Source: Myxococcota bacterium (GTDB lineage Bacteria; Myxococcota; UBA4151). From it: 31,057 bases of DNA. This document shows positions 17,652-26,473 of the stretch, one piece after another. The DNA lies in the NCBI GenBank assembly GCA_036338695.1, contig JAYZBQ010000017.1:1-31057 (forward strand). The letters run 5' to 3'. A program made the translations under genes and the position numbers. Numbering within the stretch: the stretch's first letter is position 1; every line of letters starts with the position of its first letter. The notes beneath the pieces are model-generated. The model was given only the letters and a program-made list of their open reading frames with translations, made no database searches and was not told where the DNA came from.

Positions 17652-18479
17652 ATGAACACGACGGATACCCCGAGCGATAGCCAAGGCGGCCGCCGCACCT
17701 ATGTGGTCGCAGCGGTGCTCGCTGCGCTCGCCGGCCTGCTCGCCTACTCATCGATCACACAGCGGCGCGCCGAGGTCGAGCGCGGCTGGGAGCCCACGCC
17801 GGTGCTTGTCGCCGCCCGAGACATTCCGGGAGGGACGGTGCTGGATCAGGACATGCTGCGGGTCGAAGCGATCCCTTCGCGCTTGGTGACCCCCTCCATC
17901 GTCCGCTCAGATCTCTTGGCGAGCGTCCAGGACGCCAAGCTGTTGCTCCCGATGAAGCAAGGTGACCTGCTCAACTTCAATATGCTGCAAGGTACTCAGA
18001 TGAGCGAGGCCTTGAGCCAGGACCTCGCCAAAGGGGTCCGTGCGCTAAGCCTGCGCGTGAACGTGGAGTCCTCGGTGAACCGAATGGTCCGACCGAACGA
18101 CCACGTCGATGTGCTCCTCACCTACCGCGACCCGACGACTCGAACCGTCACAACGCAAACGCTGCTCGAGAACATCGTGGTGCTCGCAACCGGCGAGATC
18201 TACGGCGGCACGGCGCTGGGCTTCGTTGACGACGAGGCCCGCAAATACGTCACGGTGACGGTCGAGTTGACGCCGCAAGAGGTCGAGCTAGCGGTCCAAG
18301 CGCAGAGTATGGGCGCCATCTACATGAGCCTGAGGCACCCCGATGACCCCGAGGTCATGGAAGACCGAGCGCGCACCAACGTTCAAACGATCATGACCGG
18401 TGAGCGTGCAGACCAACTCCGGAACAAACGCCGCAAGGCGCCGCGCCTACCGCAGGTCCTGCGCGGAGCCGGGCAGTGA
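17652..18479 (+). CDS. cpaB: Flp/Tad pilus assembly protein CpaB/RcpC
   Basis: N-terminal TM, SAF domain VLVAARDIPGGTVL, RALSLRV, VRPNDHVDVLLT, LLENIVVLATG, VTVELTPQE, MSLR. GGAGG RBS. Confidence 0.92.
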   Translation: MNTTDTPSDSQGGRRTYVVAAVLAALAGLLAYSSITQRRAEVERGWEPTPVLVAARDIPGGTVLDQDMLRVEAIPSRLVTPSIVRSDLLASVQDAKLLLPMKQGDLLNFNMLQGTQMSEALSQDLAKGVRALSLRVNVESSVNRMVRPNDHVDVLLTYRDPTTRTVTTQTLLENIVVLATGEIYGGTALGFVDDEARKYVTVTVELTPQEVELAVQAQSMGAIYMSLRHPDDPEVMEDRARTNVQTIMTGERADQLRNKRRKAPRLPQVLRGAGQ

Positions 18480-19318
18480 TCGAAGGCCTCGCAGCGCTGG
18501 TCGCAGCGTGCGCCGCCGGGCTGCTCGCTCACGCCTCGGGGCTGGCGATCCGCCGCGCCATGAAGCGACAGCGTGAGCGCTACCTCGAAGAGAACCTGTC
18601 ACGCCGCGAGGCGGTGCTGCATCTCACCCCCAATCAACGGGTGATCCTGTCGCTTGCCGCGGCGCTGAACGTTTTGGTCCTCGGCTGGGTGATCATGGGG
18701 CTTGCGGCAGGCGTCATCCTCGCCTTCTGCGGTTTGTTCCTGCCTGGGATCTACATCCGCATGCTGACCGCGCGCCGGCTGGCGCAGTTCAATGAACAGC
18801 TGGTCGATACGCTCAACGCGCTGAGCTCAGCGTTTCGGGCGGGCCTCAGCTTTGCCCAAGCGCTCGAAGCGGTCGCTGACGAAGCCGAAGACCCGCTCGG
18901 TCACGAGTTTCGGATCGCCGTGCGTGAGATGCGTATGGGCGTCGAGATCCCGACCGCGCTGAGCAATGTCGCCGACCGGACAGGCTCGGAGGATATGGCT
19001 TTGGTCGCCACGAGCACCGCCGTTGCCGCCGGTATGGGCGGCAACATGGCCGAGATGTTCGAGACGATCTCCAAGACCATCGCCGAGCGCTTCCGAATCG
19101 AGGGGCGCATCAACGCCTTGACGGCGATGGGACGCATGCAGGGCATCATCGTGGCGCTGCTGCCCTTCGCCCTTGCCATCGCCCTGAACTGGATGCGTCC
19201 TGATCTGATGGGTCCGATGATGGCGCACCCCTTCGGCTGGGCTTTAATCGCCTCCATTATTACACTCGATCTGTGCGGCGCCCTGATCATCCGCCGGATC
19301 GTCGAGATCGACGTGTAA
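18476..19318 (+). CDS. tadB: Tad inner-membrane platform protein TadB (T2SS F family)
   Basis: FNEQLVDTL..LSSAFRAGLSFAQAL, PLGHEF, GGNMAE, RINALTAMGR, final TM then IVEIDV. GTGA overlap with cpaB. Confidence 0.9.
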   Translation: MIEGLAALVAACAAGLLAHASGLAIRRAMKRQRERYLEENLSRREAVLHLTPNQRVILSLAAALNVLVLGWVIMGLAAGVILAFCGLFLPGIYIRMLTARRLAQFNEQLVDTLNALSSAFRAGLSFAQALEAVADEAEDPLGHEFRIAVREMRMGVEIPTALSNVADRTGSEDMALVATSTAVAAGMGGNMAEMFETISKTIAERFRIEGRINALTAMGRMQGIIVALLPFALAIALNWMRPDLMGPMMAHPFGWALIASIITLDLCGALIIRRIVEIDV

Positions 19319-19321
19319 AAG

Positions 19322-20212
19322 ATGACCCTCTCGACCCTCCTCATGTTTGGCTCGATTGCGGCGGCGATGGTCGTCGTCTTCCTGCTGCTGCGTGGGCTGA
19401 TCGAGCAGTATGCGCCGCACATTCGCGACGAGATGGCGAAACACAGCGACTCGGGCCGCGTCCACGCTGCGCGCTCCGCAGCGGTTCGCCTGACCGCTTA
19501 TGCTCTGGCTGGGCGGCTGCGGCCTCAAACGGATGAGCGACTCCGCCAACAGATTGTACAGCTCGGGTCCCCCATGGGGATGACACCTGAGGTGATCATG
19601 GCGGGGCGGGTCACCACCGCCGCAGCGTTCGGGGTGGCGCTGCTGCTGCTGGCGCTGGTGGCGGGCAACCTAGCGCTCGCTCCCCTGTTCTTCGCCTTCG
19701 GCGCCATGATCGGCTGGCTGATCGCCTTGTATTGGTTTCGGCAGCAGCTCAGCGTTCGGCGCCGGGCCATCCTGCGTGCGCTCCCCTACGAGCTCGACCT
19801 GCTGACGCTCGCGGTCGAAGCCGGTCTGGACTTCGTGGGCGGTCTCCACAAGGTCGTTGAGAAAGGGCGCGAGGGGCCGCTGCGCGATGAGCTCCACATG
19901 GTGCTTCGCTCGATCCGCCTGGGTCGAAGCCGGAGCGAAGCGCTGACGCAGATGGCAGAGCGGGTCGATCTACCGCCTGTGCGCGCCTGGGTCCGAGCGC
20001 TGGTCCAAGCCGACCGCATGGGGACCCCGCTCGGTCGGATCCTCAGGATGCAAGCCGATCGACTGCGCGAGCGGCGCGCCCAGGCAGCGGAGAAAGCCGC
20101 CAACGAGGCGCCTGTTAAGTTGCTCTTCCCGCTGATCTTCTTCATCTTCCCCACCGTCTTCTTGGTCCTGTTCGGACCCATCGTGTTTCGCATCTTCTTC
20201 GTAGGGCTCTAG
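19322..20212 (+). CDS. tadC: Tad inner-membrane platform protein TadC (T2SS F family)
   Basis: LPYELDLLTLAVEAGLDF, GRSRSEAL, LVQADRMGTPL, AEKAANEAPVKLLFPLIFFIFP. Confidence 0.92.
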   Translation: MTLSTLLMFGSIAAAMVVVFLLLRGLIEQYAPHIRDEMAKHSDSGRVHAARSAAVRLTAYALAGRLRPQTDERLRQQIVQLGSPMGMTPEVIMAGRVTTAAAFGVALLLLALVAGNLALAPLFFAFGAMIGWLIALYWFRQQLSVRRRAILRALPYELDLLTLAVEAGLDFVGGLHKVVEKGREGPLRDELHMVLRSIRLGRSRSEALTQMAERVDLPPVRAWVRALVQADRMGTPLGRILRMQADRLRERRAQAAEKAANEAPVKLLFPLIFFIFPTVFLVLFGPIVFRIFFVGL

Positions 20213-21502
20213 ATGACGATCGTTGTCCACATCGTCCAAGGTGAGCGCGCGGGAGACGAGCTACGCTTCGACGCCCTGTCGATCTCCGTCGGGCGAGCCG
20301 ATCAATGCAGCCTGCAGCTGCCAGATCGTGGCATCTCGAGACATCACTGTGACCTGAGCATCCATGAGGGCGAGCTCTGGATCCAAGACCAAGGGACCAC
20401 CAACGGGACCCAGCTCAACGGGGTGACGGTTCAAAGAGCGCGTGTCGCCAACGGCAGCGAGATCGCCCTTGGACCGGTGCGCTTTCGCGTCCTGCTCGAG
20501 GGCACGGGAGGGATGAACTACAAAGAGCTCGCTGACTACCGTGGGTTGATCCAGGCGCGCTCGAATGAGCCTAAATCCAGCGTCCCGATCCCCCACCCGA
20601 GCCTGCGCGGTGGAAACCGCTGGGTTCAGCCTGGGACCGACCCAAAGCTCAAGCTCCTTCGTGCGGTGGCCGGGGTCATGGTCGTCCTCTTCATCGCGTT
20701 GTTTGCAGCGGCGCAGCTCGGAGTCATTGACCGGGCTGCGGACCCAAGCGAGCAGACGATGCCTATCGTGCGACTGCAGGTGAACCAGACCTTGACGCAG
20801 ACCGTAGGCTACAGCCCGCGCCGAGCGATGGACATTGAGAGCCGGCGGGGTGCGGTGCTGCGTTTCAATCATGCGCCAGGTTTAGCGACCCTTACGATGG
20901 ACGTCGCCTCGCTCGACACGCCGCGTGAGCTTGAGCTTCTCTTAAACGGTCAATCGATTGCGTACGCCCCCGAGACGGCGCAGTGGCTCATCGGGGCCGT
21001 CTCGATGATGTTGCCGAACGAGCACCTGAAAGCGAAAGACAACGAGCTCGAGCTGCGCCATGCCCGGATGGAAGGGGCGGCTGAGTCTTGGGGCGTTCGT
21101 GCCATTCGGTTACGGCATTTTCCGGCGCCGCCCGCTGATCGCGCCACCGCCCAGCAACAACTCGAGATGGCCAAGGCGCGTTTTCGAGAGCCCTACAAGC
21201 TACACGATCTCTTGCCGGCGATGCGGCTGTTTCGCCAAGCTGCCCTGTTGACCTACAACATCGACCCCCGCCCAGAGGCGCACAAAGAGAGCCTCGCGTT
21301 GCTCGAATCGACGCATGACAAAGTGACCAAACACTTTCGCCGCAGCTACCTCGATGCGCAGCGCGAGCTGCAGCTCAAAGGGCGCGCCGCAGCGTGCCGT
21401 GCGCTCGATACGACGGTCAGACGCTTCACAGATCGTGAAGACTGGCGTTATCTACGTGCCAAGGAGACGAGGCAAAAGGTGTGCAGTGAGGGGCTCCGAT
21501 GA
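20213..21502 (+). CDS. FHA-domain membrane protein with periplasmic beta-sandwich and helical domains
   Basis: FHA: VGRADQC...ISRHH...DQGTTNGT; TM VAGVMVVLFIALFAAAQL; starts immediately after the tadC stop. Confidence 0.85.
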   Translation: MTIVVHIVQGERAGDELRFDALSISVGRADQCSLQLPDRGISRHHCDLSIHEGELWIQDQGTTNGTQLNGVTVQRARVANGSEIALGPVRFRVLLEGTGGMNYKELADYRGLIQARSNEPKSSVPIPHPSLRGGNRWVQPGTDPKLKLLRAVAGVMVVLFIALFAAAQLGVIDRAADPSEQTMPIVRLQVNQTLTQTVGYSPRRAMDIESRRGAVLRFNHAPGLATLTMDVASLDTPRELELLLNGQSIAYAPETAQWLIGAVSMMLPNEHLKAKDNELELRHARMEGAAESWGVRAIRLRHFPAPPADRATAQQQLEMAKARFREPYKLHDLLPAMRLFRQAALLTYNIDPRPEAHKESLALLESTHDKVTKHFRRSYLDAQRELQLKGRAAACRALDTTVRRFTDREDWRYLRAKETRQKVCSEGLR

Positions 21503-23826
21503 GTGACTCCAGCGAGCGCGACGGGCGCGAAGACGTGACCGATGAGGTCCCATCGACGGATGAGAAGACCGTCTTTGACACCGAAATGCTCGCTCGACTT
21601 AATGCGCTCGGTGACGACGACGACAACGACGAGCTCGAAGCCGACGCGTCGCCCGCTGCCGATGTCACGATGGATCGAGAGGTCGACGACGTCGACGCGA
21701 TCCCGAGTAACGTCTCGGGCCTGCAAGACATTGGCGATCTGGTCGAGCCGCTCAGCCAAGAGGTCCCGGCGACCCAAGACGTCACCAGCTCATCGATTAA
21801 CAAGATGCTGGCCGAAGAGATCGGTGAAGAGACTAAAGACGCTGACCCTGCGGTCATGGACGAGGACGATTCCGAGCTGAGCCGAAGCCGAGTGACTCGC
21901 CCAGGCTTTCAGTCAGCGCCGCGTGCGCAGCTCTCAGAGGTGACACCGGTCGAAGGCGGCGCCCTCGACCCCCAAGCGGTGGCGGGCGAGGTGGAGCCAC
22001 AGGTAACGGCCGAGGAGCCGGCGGGCGAACCCGATGACACGCGCTCAGGGGCCGACCTCTGGGATGACCCGAGCGAACCGGGAGACCGCAGCCTGAGCTC
22101 GGCGCCATCGCTCGGCTCAGACCAGACAGCTGAGGCGACGGCTGCGCTCGTCGTTGAGCCGATGCCAGAGACCGGCGATGTCGAGCTTGCCCTTGGCGAT
22201 CAAACCAGCGGCGAGGACCGCACCGATCGCGAGACGGCGCCCGAGATGGTGCGGCTTGAGTGTACGGGCGAACACCCTGCGCTCGAGATCGCCGACCGCG
22301 CCTTGGTGCTCGGCCGCTCGAGCAGCTGCGACATCCCCATCGCCGATCCAACGATGAGCCGACGGCACGTCAACATCTGGCTGCGCGAAGGGCGCGTCTG
22401 GGTGGAGGACCTCGGTAGCGGCAACGGCACGTGGATCAACGATCAACGCATCGCCGAGCCAACAGCGCTCGAGGCTGGTGATCGGCTTCGGTTAGGACAG
22501 AACGTCGTCTTCCTCATGCCCCAAGCGGCCGAACCGGAAGCAGACGAAGAGCCCGTCACCAAGATGGCCTCCGTGGGCGATCAGCCCTTGCTAGGTCCAT
22601 CAGGCGGGCACTCGACCACCTACGCCCACGACCATCCGGGTCGCCTGTCTGCTCGGCTGCGGGTCTTCGCTCCGCTGATCGCAGCGAGTCTTTTGTTTGC
22701 GGTCGGCGCCAGCGTCTTCTTTGTCCGGCAGAGCCGAGCGAACGCTCGCCAAGCCCAGCTCAACAGCGCAACCGCCAACTTCTTCCAAGGGATTGAGCAC
22801 ATGCGCACGGGCTCATACAAGTTGGCCGGCGCCCACTTTGCGACGGTCTCTGAACTGGACCCTGAGCACCCACGCTTGCCGCTGTATCGAAAGACGGCCC
22901 AGAAGCTGATGAACCAGGCTGATCAGCTGGACCGCGCCGAGTTAGCCCTCAAAGAGGGACGACTCCAAGACGCCGCCGCCACGCTGACAACGATCGACGT
23001 GGAGCCGTCGCTCAAGGAGCGGCTCGATAAGCTCAACCGGCGGATCGACGTCGGTCGCTTGGCCGGGCGAGCACAAGCTTTCAAAGACGCCGTGGCGGGC
23101 GGCGACCGCGAAACGGCGGAGCGCATCTTGAGCGAGCTCCGAAGCGCAGGGATGGAGCGAGAGGAGCTCGAACCGCTCGAGGCGATGCTGGACAAAGCGG
23201 GCGCGCCCAAGGCGAAGTCGAGCGGGCGCTCCGGCCGCAGCGCACGGTCTGACCAAGGGCCGCTCAAGCGTGTCCACCAAGCGCTCCGACAGGGGCGGGT
23301 CGAGGAAGCCTTCCGGATCAACAAGGATCTCGCCGCCAGTGGGGTCAAAGAGGCTGCGAAGTTAGAGGACACAGGGAACCTAGGTGAGCTGCGTGAGCTC
23401 ATCCGCATGGCGCAAAGCGCCGAGGGTAAAAAAGACTGGTCGCGGATCCTCAAATCAACGGCGCGGGGGCTCAAGCTGGTCAAAAAGATCAGCCCGCGCG
23501 CCTCGGGCACGCGCAGGCAGCTCAACAACTTACGCGCCAACGGATACTACTTCCGGGCCTCAAAGGCTGCGAGCAAGTCGGACTTTTGCGGAGCGAGGCG
23601 CTATCTTTTGCAGGCGCGCAAGCTCGACCGAAATCACCCAAAGGTAAAGAGTGGACTCTCCAAAACAGAAGCCTTCGCCGCCACCCAGGTCGAGCGCGCC
23701 AAAAAAGAGATCAAGAAAGGGTTCTCGGTCGCTGATGTGCGCGAGATCCTCAAAACGGCGCTGTGCACCAGCAGCGCATCCTCTCCCGCTCACAAAGAGG
23801 CGAAGCGGATCCTGCGCGGCCGCTAG
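21499..23826 (+). CDS. Membrane protein: long acidic disordered N-terminus, FHA, TM, basic TPR-like periplasmic region
   Basis: FHA: LGRSSSC...MSRRH...DLGSGNGT; TM LIAASLLFAVGASVFFV; TPR-like ELDPEHP and KLDRNHP; ATGA overlap with the upstream gene. Confidence 0.85.
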   Translation: MSDSSERDGREDVTDEVPSTDEKTVFDTEMLARLNALGDDDDNDELEADASPAADVTMDREVDDVDAIPSNVSGLQDIGDLVEPLSQEVPATQDVTSSSINKMLAEEIGEETKDADPAVMDEDDSELSRSRVTRPGFQSAPRAQLSEVTPVEGGALDPQAVAGEVEPQVTAEEPAGEPDDTRSGADLWDDPSEPGDRSLSSAPSLGSDQTAEATAALVVEPMPETGDVELALGDQTSGEDRTDRETAPEMVRLECTGEHPALEIADRALVLGRSSSCDIPIADPTMSRRHVNIWLREGRVWVEDLGSGNGTWINDQRIAEPTALEAGDRLRLGQNVVFLMPQAAEPEADEEPVTKMASVGDQPLLGPSGGHSTTYAHDHPGRLSARLRVFAPLIAASLLFAVGASVFFVRQSRANARQAQLNSATANFFQGIEHMRTGSYKLAGAHFATVSELDPEHPRLPLYRKTAQKLMNQADQLDRAELALKEGRLQDAAATLTTIDVEPSLKERLDKLNRRIDVGRLAGRAQAFKDAVAGGDRETAERILSELRSAGMEREELEPLEAMLDKAGAPKAKSSGRSGRSARSDQGPLKRVHQALRQGRVEEAFRINKDLAASGVKEAAKLEDTGNLGELRELIRMAQSAEGKKDWSRILKSTARGLKLVKKISPRASGTRRQLNNLRANGYYFRASKAASKSDFCGARRYLLQARKLDRNHPKVKSGLSKTEAFAATQVERAKKEIKKGFSVADVREILKTALCTSSASSPAHKEAKRILRGR

Positions 23827-23833
23827 AGCTGGC

Positions 23834-24880
23834 CTAGACCAGTAAAAGACCGATCACCACCAACAGCAACAGCGCAGCGCCTCCGAACAGCCCGAGCAGC
23901 AGCAGGTCTTGATCGAACTTGGGCGCGCTGGCGTCGTGTGTGAGCTCTGGCTCAGCCGCATCCAGCGAATCGAGCTTGGGCATCGACTTGGACCAGTTGC
24001 CGTCTTCGTCGAGCTCCAGCATCGTTTTGCTCGCGCTGCCGTCTGCTTCAGCGACGGCGTCGAGCGATACGCTCGAATCCTGACCCGTCGCTAAGGGGAC
24101 GGCGACGCTTTGACCCGAGGGCGCCTCCGCCTCCTCCTCGTCCGCCGCCGATTGTGCCGCCGAGACCTCGCTCGACTTATCGAGATCGCCCAAGTAGGCG
24201 CTCGCCGGGTCGCAGAACATCATCCGCACACCGCCGACCTGGACCTCTGTACGATCTTTAAGGCGCACCTTCTCGCGCACGACCTCGCCGCCGACCTGGA
24301 TCCCGTTCTTCGAGCCTAAATCTTCGATCCAGATGCCGCTGAAATCGACGGTCACGCGTGCGTGGCGCCGGCTGACGTTCGACTCGTCGAGCATGACGTC
24401 GCAGTCCGGTGAGCGGCCAAAGATTAGGTAAGGTGTTTGACCGTCCAACATCACCCGCTGCCCCTCTTCGGGGCCATCGAGGTACCGAAGGTACGGGCTC
24501 GACTCTTGCCCGCTCAGCGAACCCAACATGTCGGCCACCACCTGCTGAGCGAGGAACGCCGTGCGCTCCTCCGTGGCGAGGTCGGGCTTCTCGGCGTGGA
24601 AGATCACCTGGGTTCCTGCGATCTCGAGTCGGTCCCGATCGCGCAGACTCACCGCGTGGTTCTCTTTCAGGGGCGCGCCGTTGAGTAACGACCCATGGCG
24701 GGACCCGAGGTCCTCTACGAGCCACTCGATGCCGCGGCTGAACAGCTTGACATGGTAGCGAGAGACCGCCGGGTTGGCCAGCACCACGTCGCAATCATTT
24801 TCACGACCGAGGACGACGTCCCCTTCGGCGCCCAAGTCCACGCTGCGTTCCTCTTCGAGGATCTCGAGGCGAGCGCTCAT
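23834..24880 (-). CDS. Tandem double-FHA protein with C-terminal membrane anchor
   Basis: FHA1 LGRENDC...VSRYH...DLGSRHG; FHA2 FGRSPDC...VSRRH...DLGSKNG; C-terminal LLLLGLFGGAALLLLVVIGLLLV. Start at 24880 gives an ATGA overlap. Confidence 0.87.
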   Translation of the reverse strand: MSARLEILEEERSVDLGAEGDVVLGRENDCDVVLANPAVSRYHVKLFSRGIEWLVEDLGSRHGSLLNGAPLKENHAVSLRDRDRLEIAGTQVIFHAEKPDLATEERTAFLAQQVVADMLGSLSGQESSPYLRYLDGPEEGQRVMLDGQTPYLIFGRSPDCDVMLDESNVSRRHARVTVDFSGIWIEDLGSKNGIQVGGEVVREKVRLKDRTEVQVGGVRMMFCDPASAYLGDLDKSSEVSAAQSAADEEEAEAPSGQSVAVPLATGQDSSVSLDAVAEADGSASKTMLELDEDGNWSKSMPKLDSLDAAEPELTHDASAPKFDQDLLLLGLFGGAALLLLVVIGLLLV

Positions 24881-26010
24881 GGCACCGCCAACCGCAAGGT
24901 CCGCACGGCTTCGCGGCAATAGGTGACGGCTTCCGGCTCGTTGGTCGCAGGCAGCCGGAGCACCTCCTCGCACACGGCGAGCGCCTCAGCCGGCTGCTGG
25001 AGCTCGATCAGAAACTCGGCGTAAACCCGACGCAGGCCGGCTGCGTTCGGCGCCCGCTTCATGGCGTGACGGCAATAAGACTGCGCCTCGCGCACCACCT
25101 TGCGAGCGACAAAGTGCGCGCAGAGGTTCATCAGCGGCTGCAAGTTGCCTTGATTGGCTGCTCGCTCCCAGGTCGCTTGCAGCTGCCGGATCCCCGCATC
25201 GCGCGACGCCAGGCAGGCTTGAACCTGATCTTGTAGGCCCGGGATCCGTTCCAGCCCCGAACCGAGTTGTTGGAGCGTCGCGATGCGCTGGTTGGCGAGG
25301 TCACAGTCCCCCATCGCATGAGCCAAAAAAGCGCCCAAGGCGAGGCAGTCGACAAAGGTTGGGTGCGCCGTCAGGCACTGACCAAAGGTCACCCGGGCGC
25401 GCTCGAGGTCGGCCTCACGCCCCAGCGGGATCAGGTCGGCGCGCTGCATGTACACGGACGCAAGCAGCGCAAAACCGTCCGCGCGCAAGGGCGCAAGCCC
25501 GGCGAGCCGCACCAGCTGATTCTCGGCTTTACCCAGCAGGTCCGTCGCTTGCTTTCGCTGCTGCCGTGCGATCAGCCCGCGCGCCTTGTTCAGGCTCGTG
25601 CGCGCCAGATTGTAGCGCGCCGCTTGGTACCCCGGGTCGATCCCAAGCGCCGACTCGTACAGCTCAATGGCTCGATCAAAAGCTTGCTTGCCCTCAAAGT
25701 AGACGCCGAGGTTGGTGCGGGCCTCGGCGAAGTCTCGGTTGGCGCGGATCGCCTTACGAAACCAAGCCGCAGCCTCTTCGGGCAGCCCTGCCTGCATAGC
25801 GACCAGCCCCAAACCATTTAGGCAGATCGGGTAATCGGGAGAGTACTCAAGACAGAGCGCAAAGGCTTGTTTCGCCATCGCAGGTTGACCGGTCTCGAGG
25901 TACTGAGCGCCGCGTTGTGCGTGGTGGACCGCTTGAGGCATCGGCCCGCCGGTCGCCCGACACCCAGCCGCTGCGGTTGCGATCAACAAAACGATGCTGC
26001 GCAGGCGCAT
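24877..26010 (-). CDS. TPR-repeat lipoprotein (Tgl/PilF/TadD pilotin-like)
   Basis: MRLRSIVLLIATAAAGC lipobox after GGGGAG; TPRs CLNGLGLV, ARTNLGVYF, ALGIDPGYQAARYNLA. Confidence 0.8.
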   Translation of the reverse strand: MRLRSIVLLIATAAAGCRATGGPMPQAVHHAQRGAQYLETGQPAMAKQAFALCLEYSPDYPICLNGLGLVAMQAGLPEEAAAWFRKAIRANRDFAEARTNLGVYFEGKQAFDRAIELYESALGIDPGYQAARYNLARTSLNKARGLIARQQRKQATDLLGKAENQLVRLAGLAPLRADGFALLASVYMQRADLIPLGREADLERARVTFGQCLTAHPTFVDCLALGAFLAHAMGDCDLANQRIATLQQLGSGLERIPGLQDQVQACLASRDAGIRQLQATWERAANQGNLQPLMNLCAHFVARKVVREAQSYCRHAMKRAPNAAGLRRVYAEFLIELQQPAEALAVCEEVLRLPATNEPEAVTYCREAVRTLRLAVP

Positions 26011-26027
26011 GGTTCTCCCCCACAACG

Positions 26028-26055
26028 AGCATAACGCTTAGGCTGCCGGAGGCAA
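26028..26055 (-). promoter_or_regulatory. Possible sigma70-type promoter (TTGCCT-N16-TATGCT) for the TPR lipoprotein/double-FHA pair
   Basis: Seen in the 61-bp intergenic gap, 17 nt upstream of the ATG. Confidence 0.35.
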
Positions 26056-26071
26056 AGGTTTCGCTAAGGTC

Positions 26072-26422
26072 TTATCGACAACTCGACAGGCTTGCGCGGT
26101 GCACCTGCATCTCGGCGAGCCGAAGCGCCGCCTCGGTGACCGACGGCAAGCCGGTACACTCGAGCGCGCAGGCGTCGTCCCAGAACTGTCCGTCAGCCGA
26201 ACACTGATAGTTCATCTTCTCGGCGACGCAGGGGTCGAAGCAGTCACCCATTTCCCGAAAGACGGGCGAGACCTCTGCGTCACAGCTGCGACACGCGTCG
26301 TAGCGAGCGTCGACCTGAGGGGCGTCGAAGCCCTGACAGTTCATCCGCCGCTCCACCGAGCAGCGATCGTCGGCGCAGCCCGCAACCCATACGACAGCCG
26401 ATAGCAAAATCAGGCGCAGCAC
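26072..26422 (-). CDS. Small Cys-rich lipoprotein (about 116 aa)
   Basis: GTG at 26422 after AGGAG; MLRLILLSAVVWVAGC lipobox; 10 further Cys. Confidence 0.65.
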   Translation of the reverse strand: MLRLILLSAVVWVAGCADDRCSVERRMNCQGFDAPQVDARYDACRSCDAEVSPVFREMGDCFDPCVAEKMNYQCSADGQFWDDACALECTGLPSVTEAALRLAEMQVHRASLSSCR

Positions 26423-26473
26423 ATTCGACTCCTGCGGGAAGCGTACTCGAAACCGAGTGACCAATCCAGCCAC

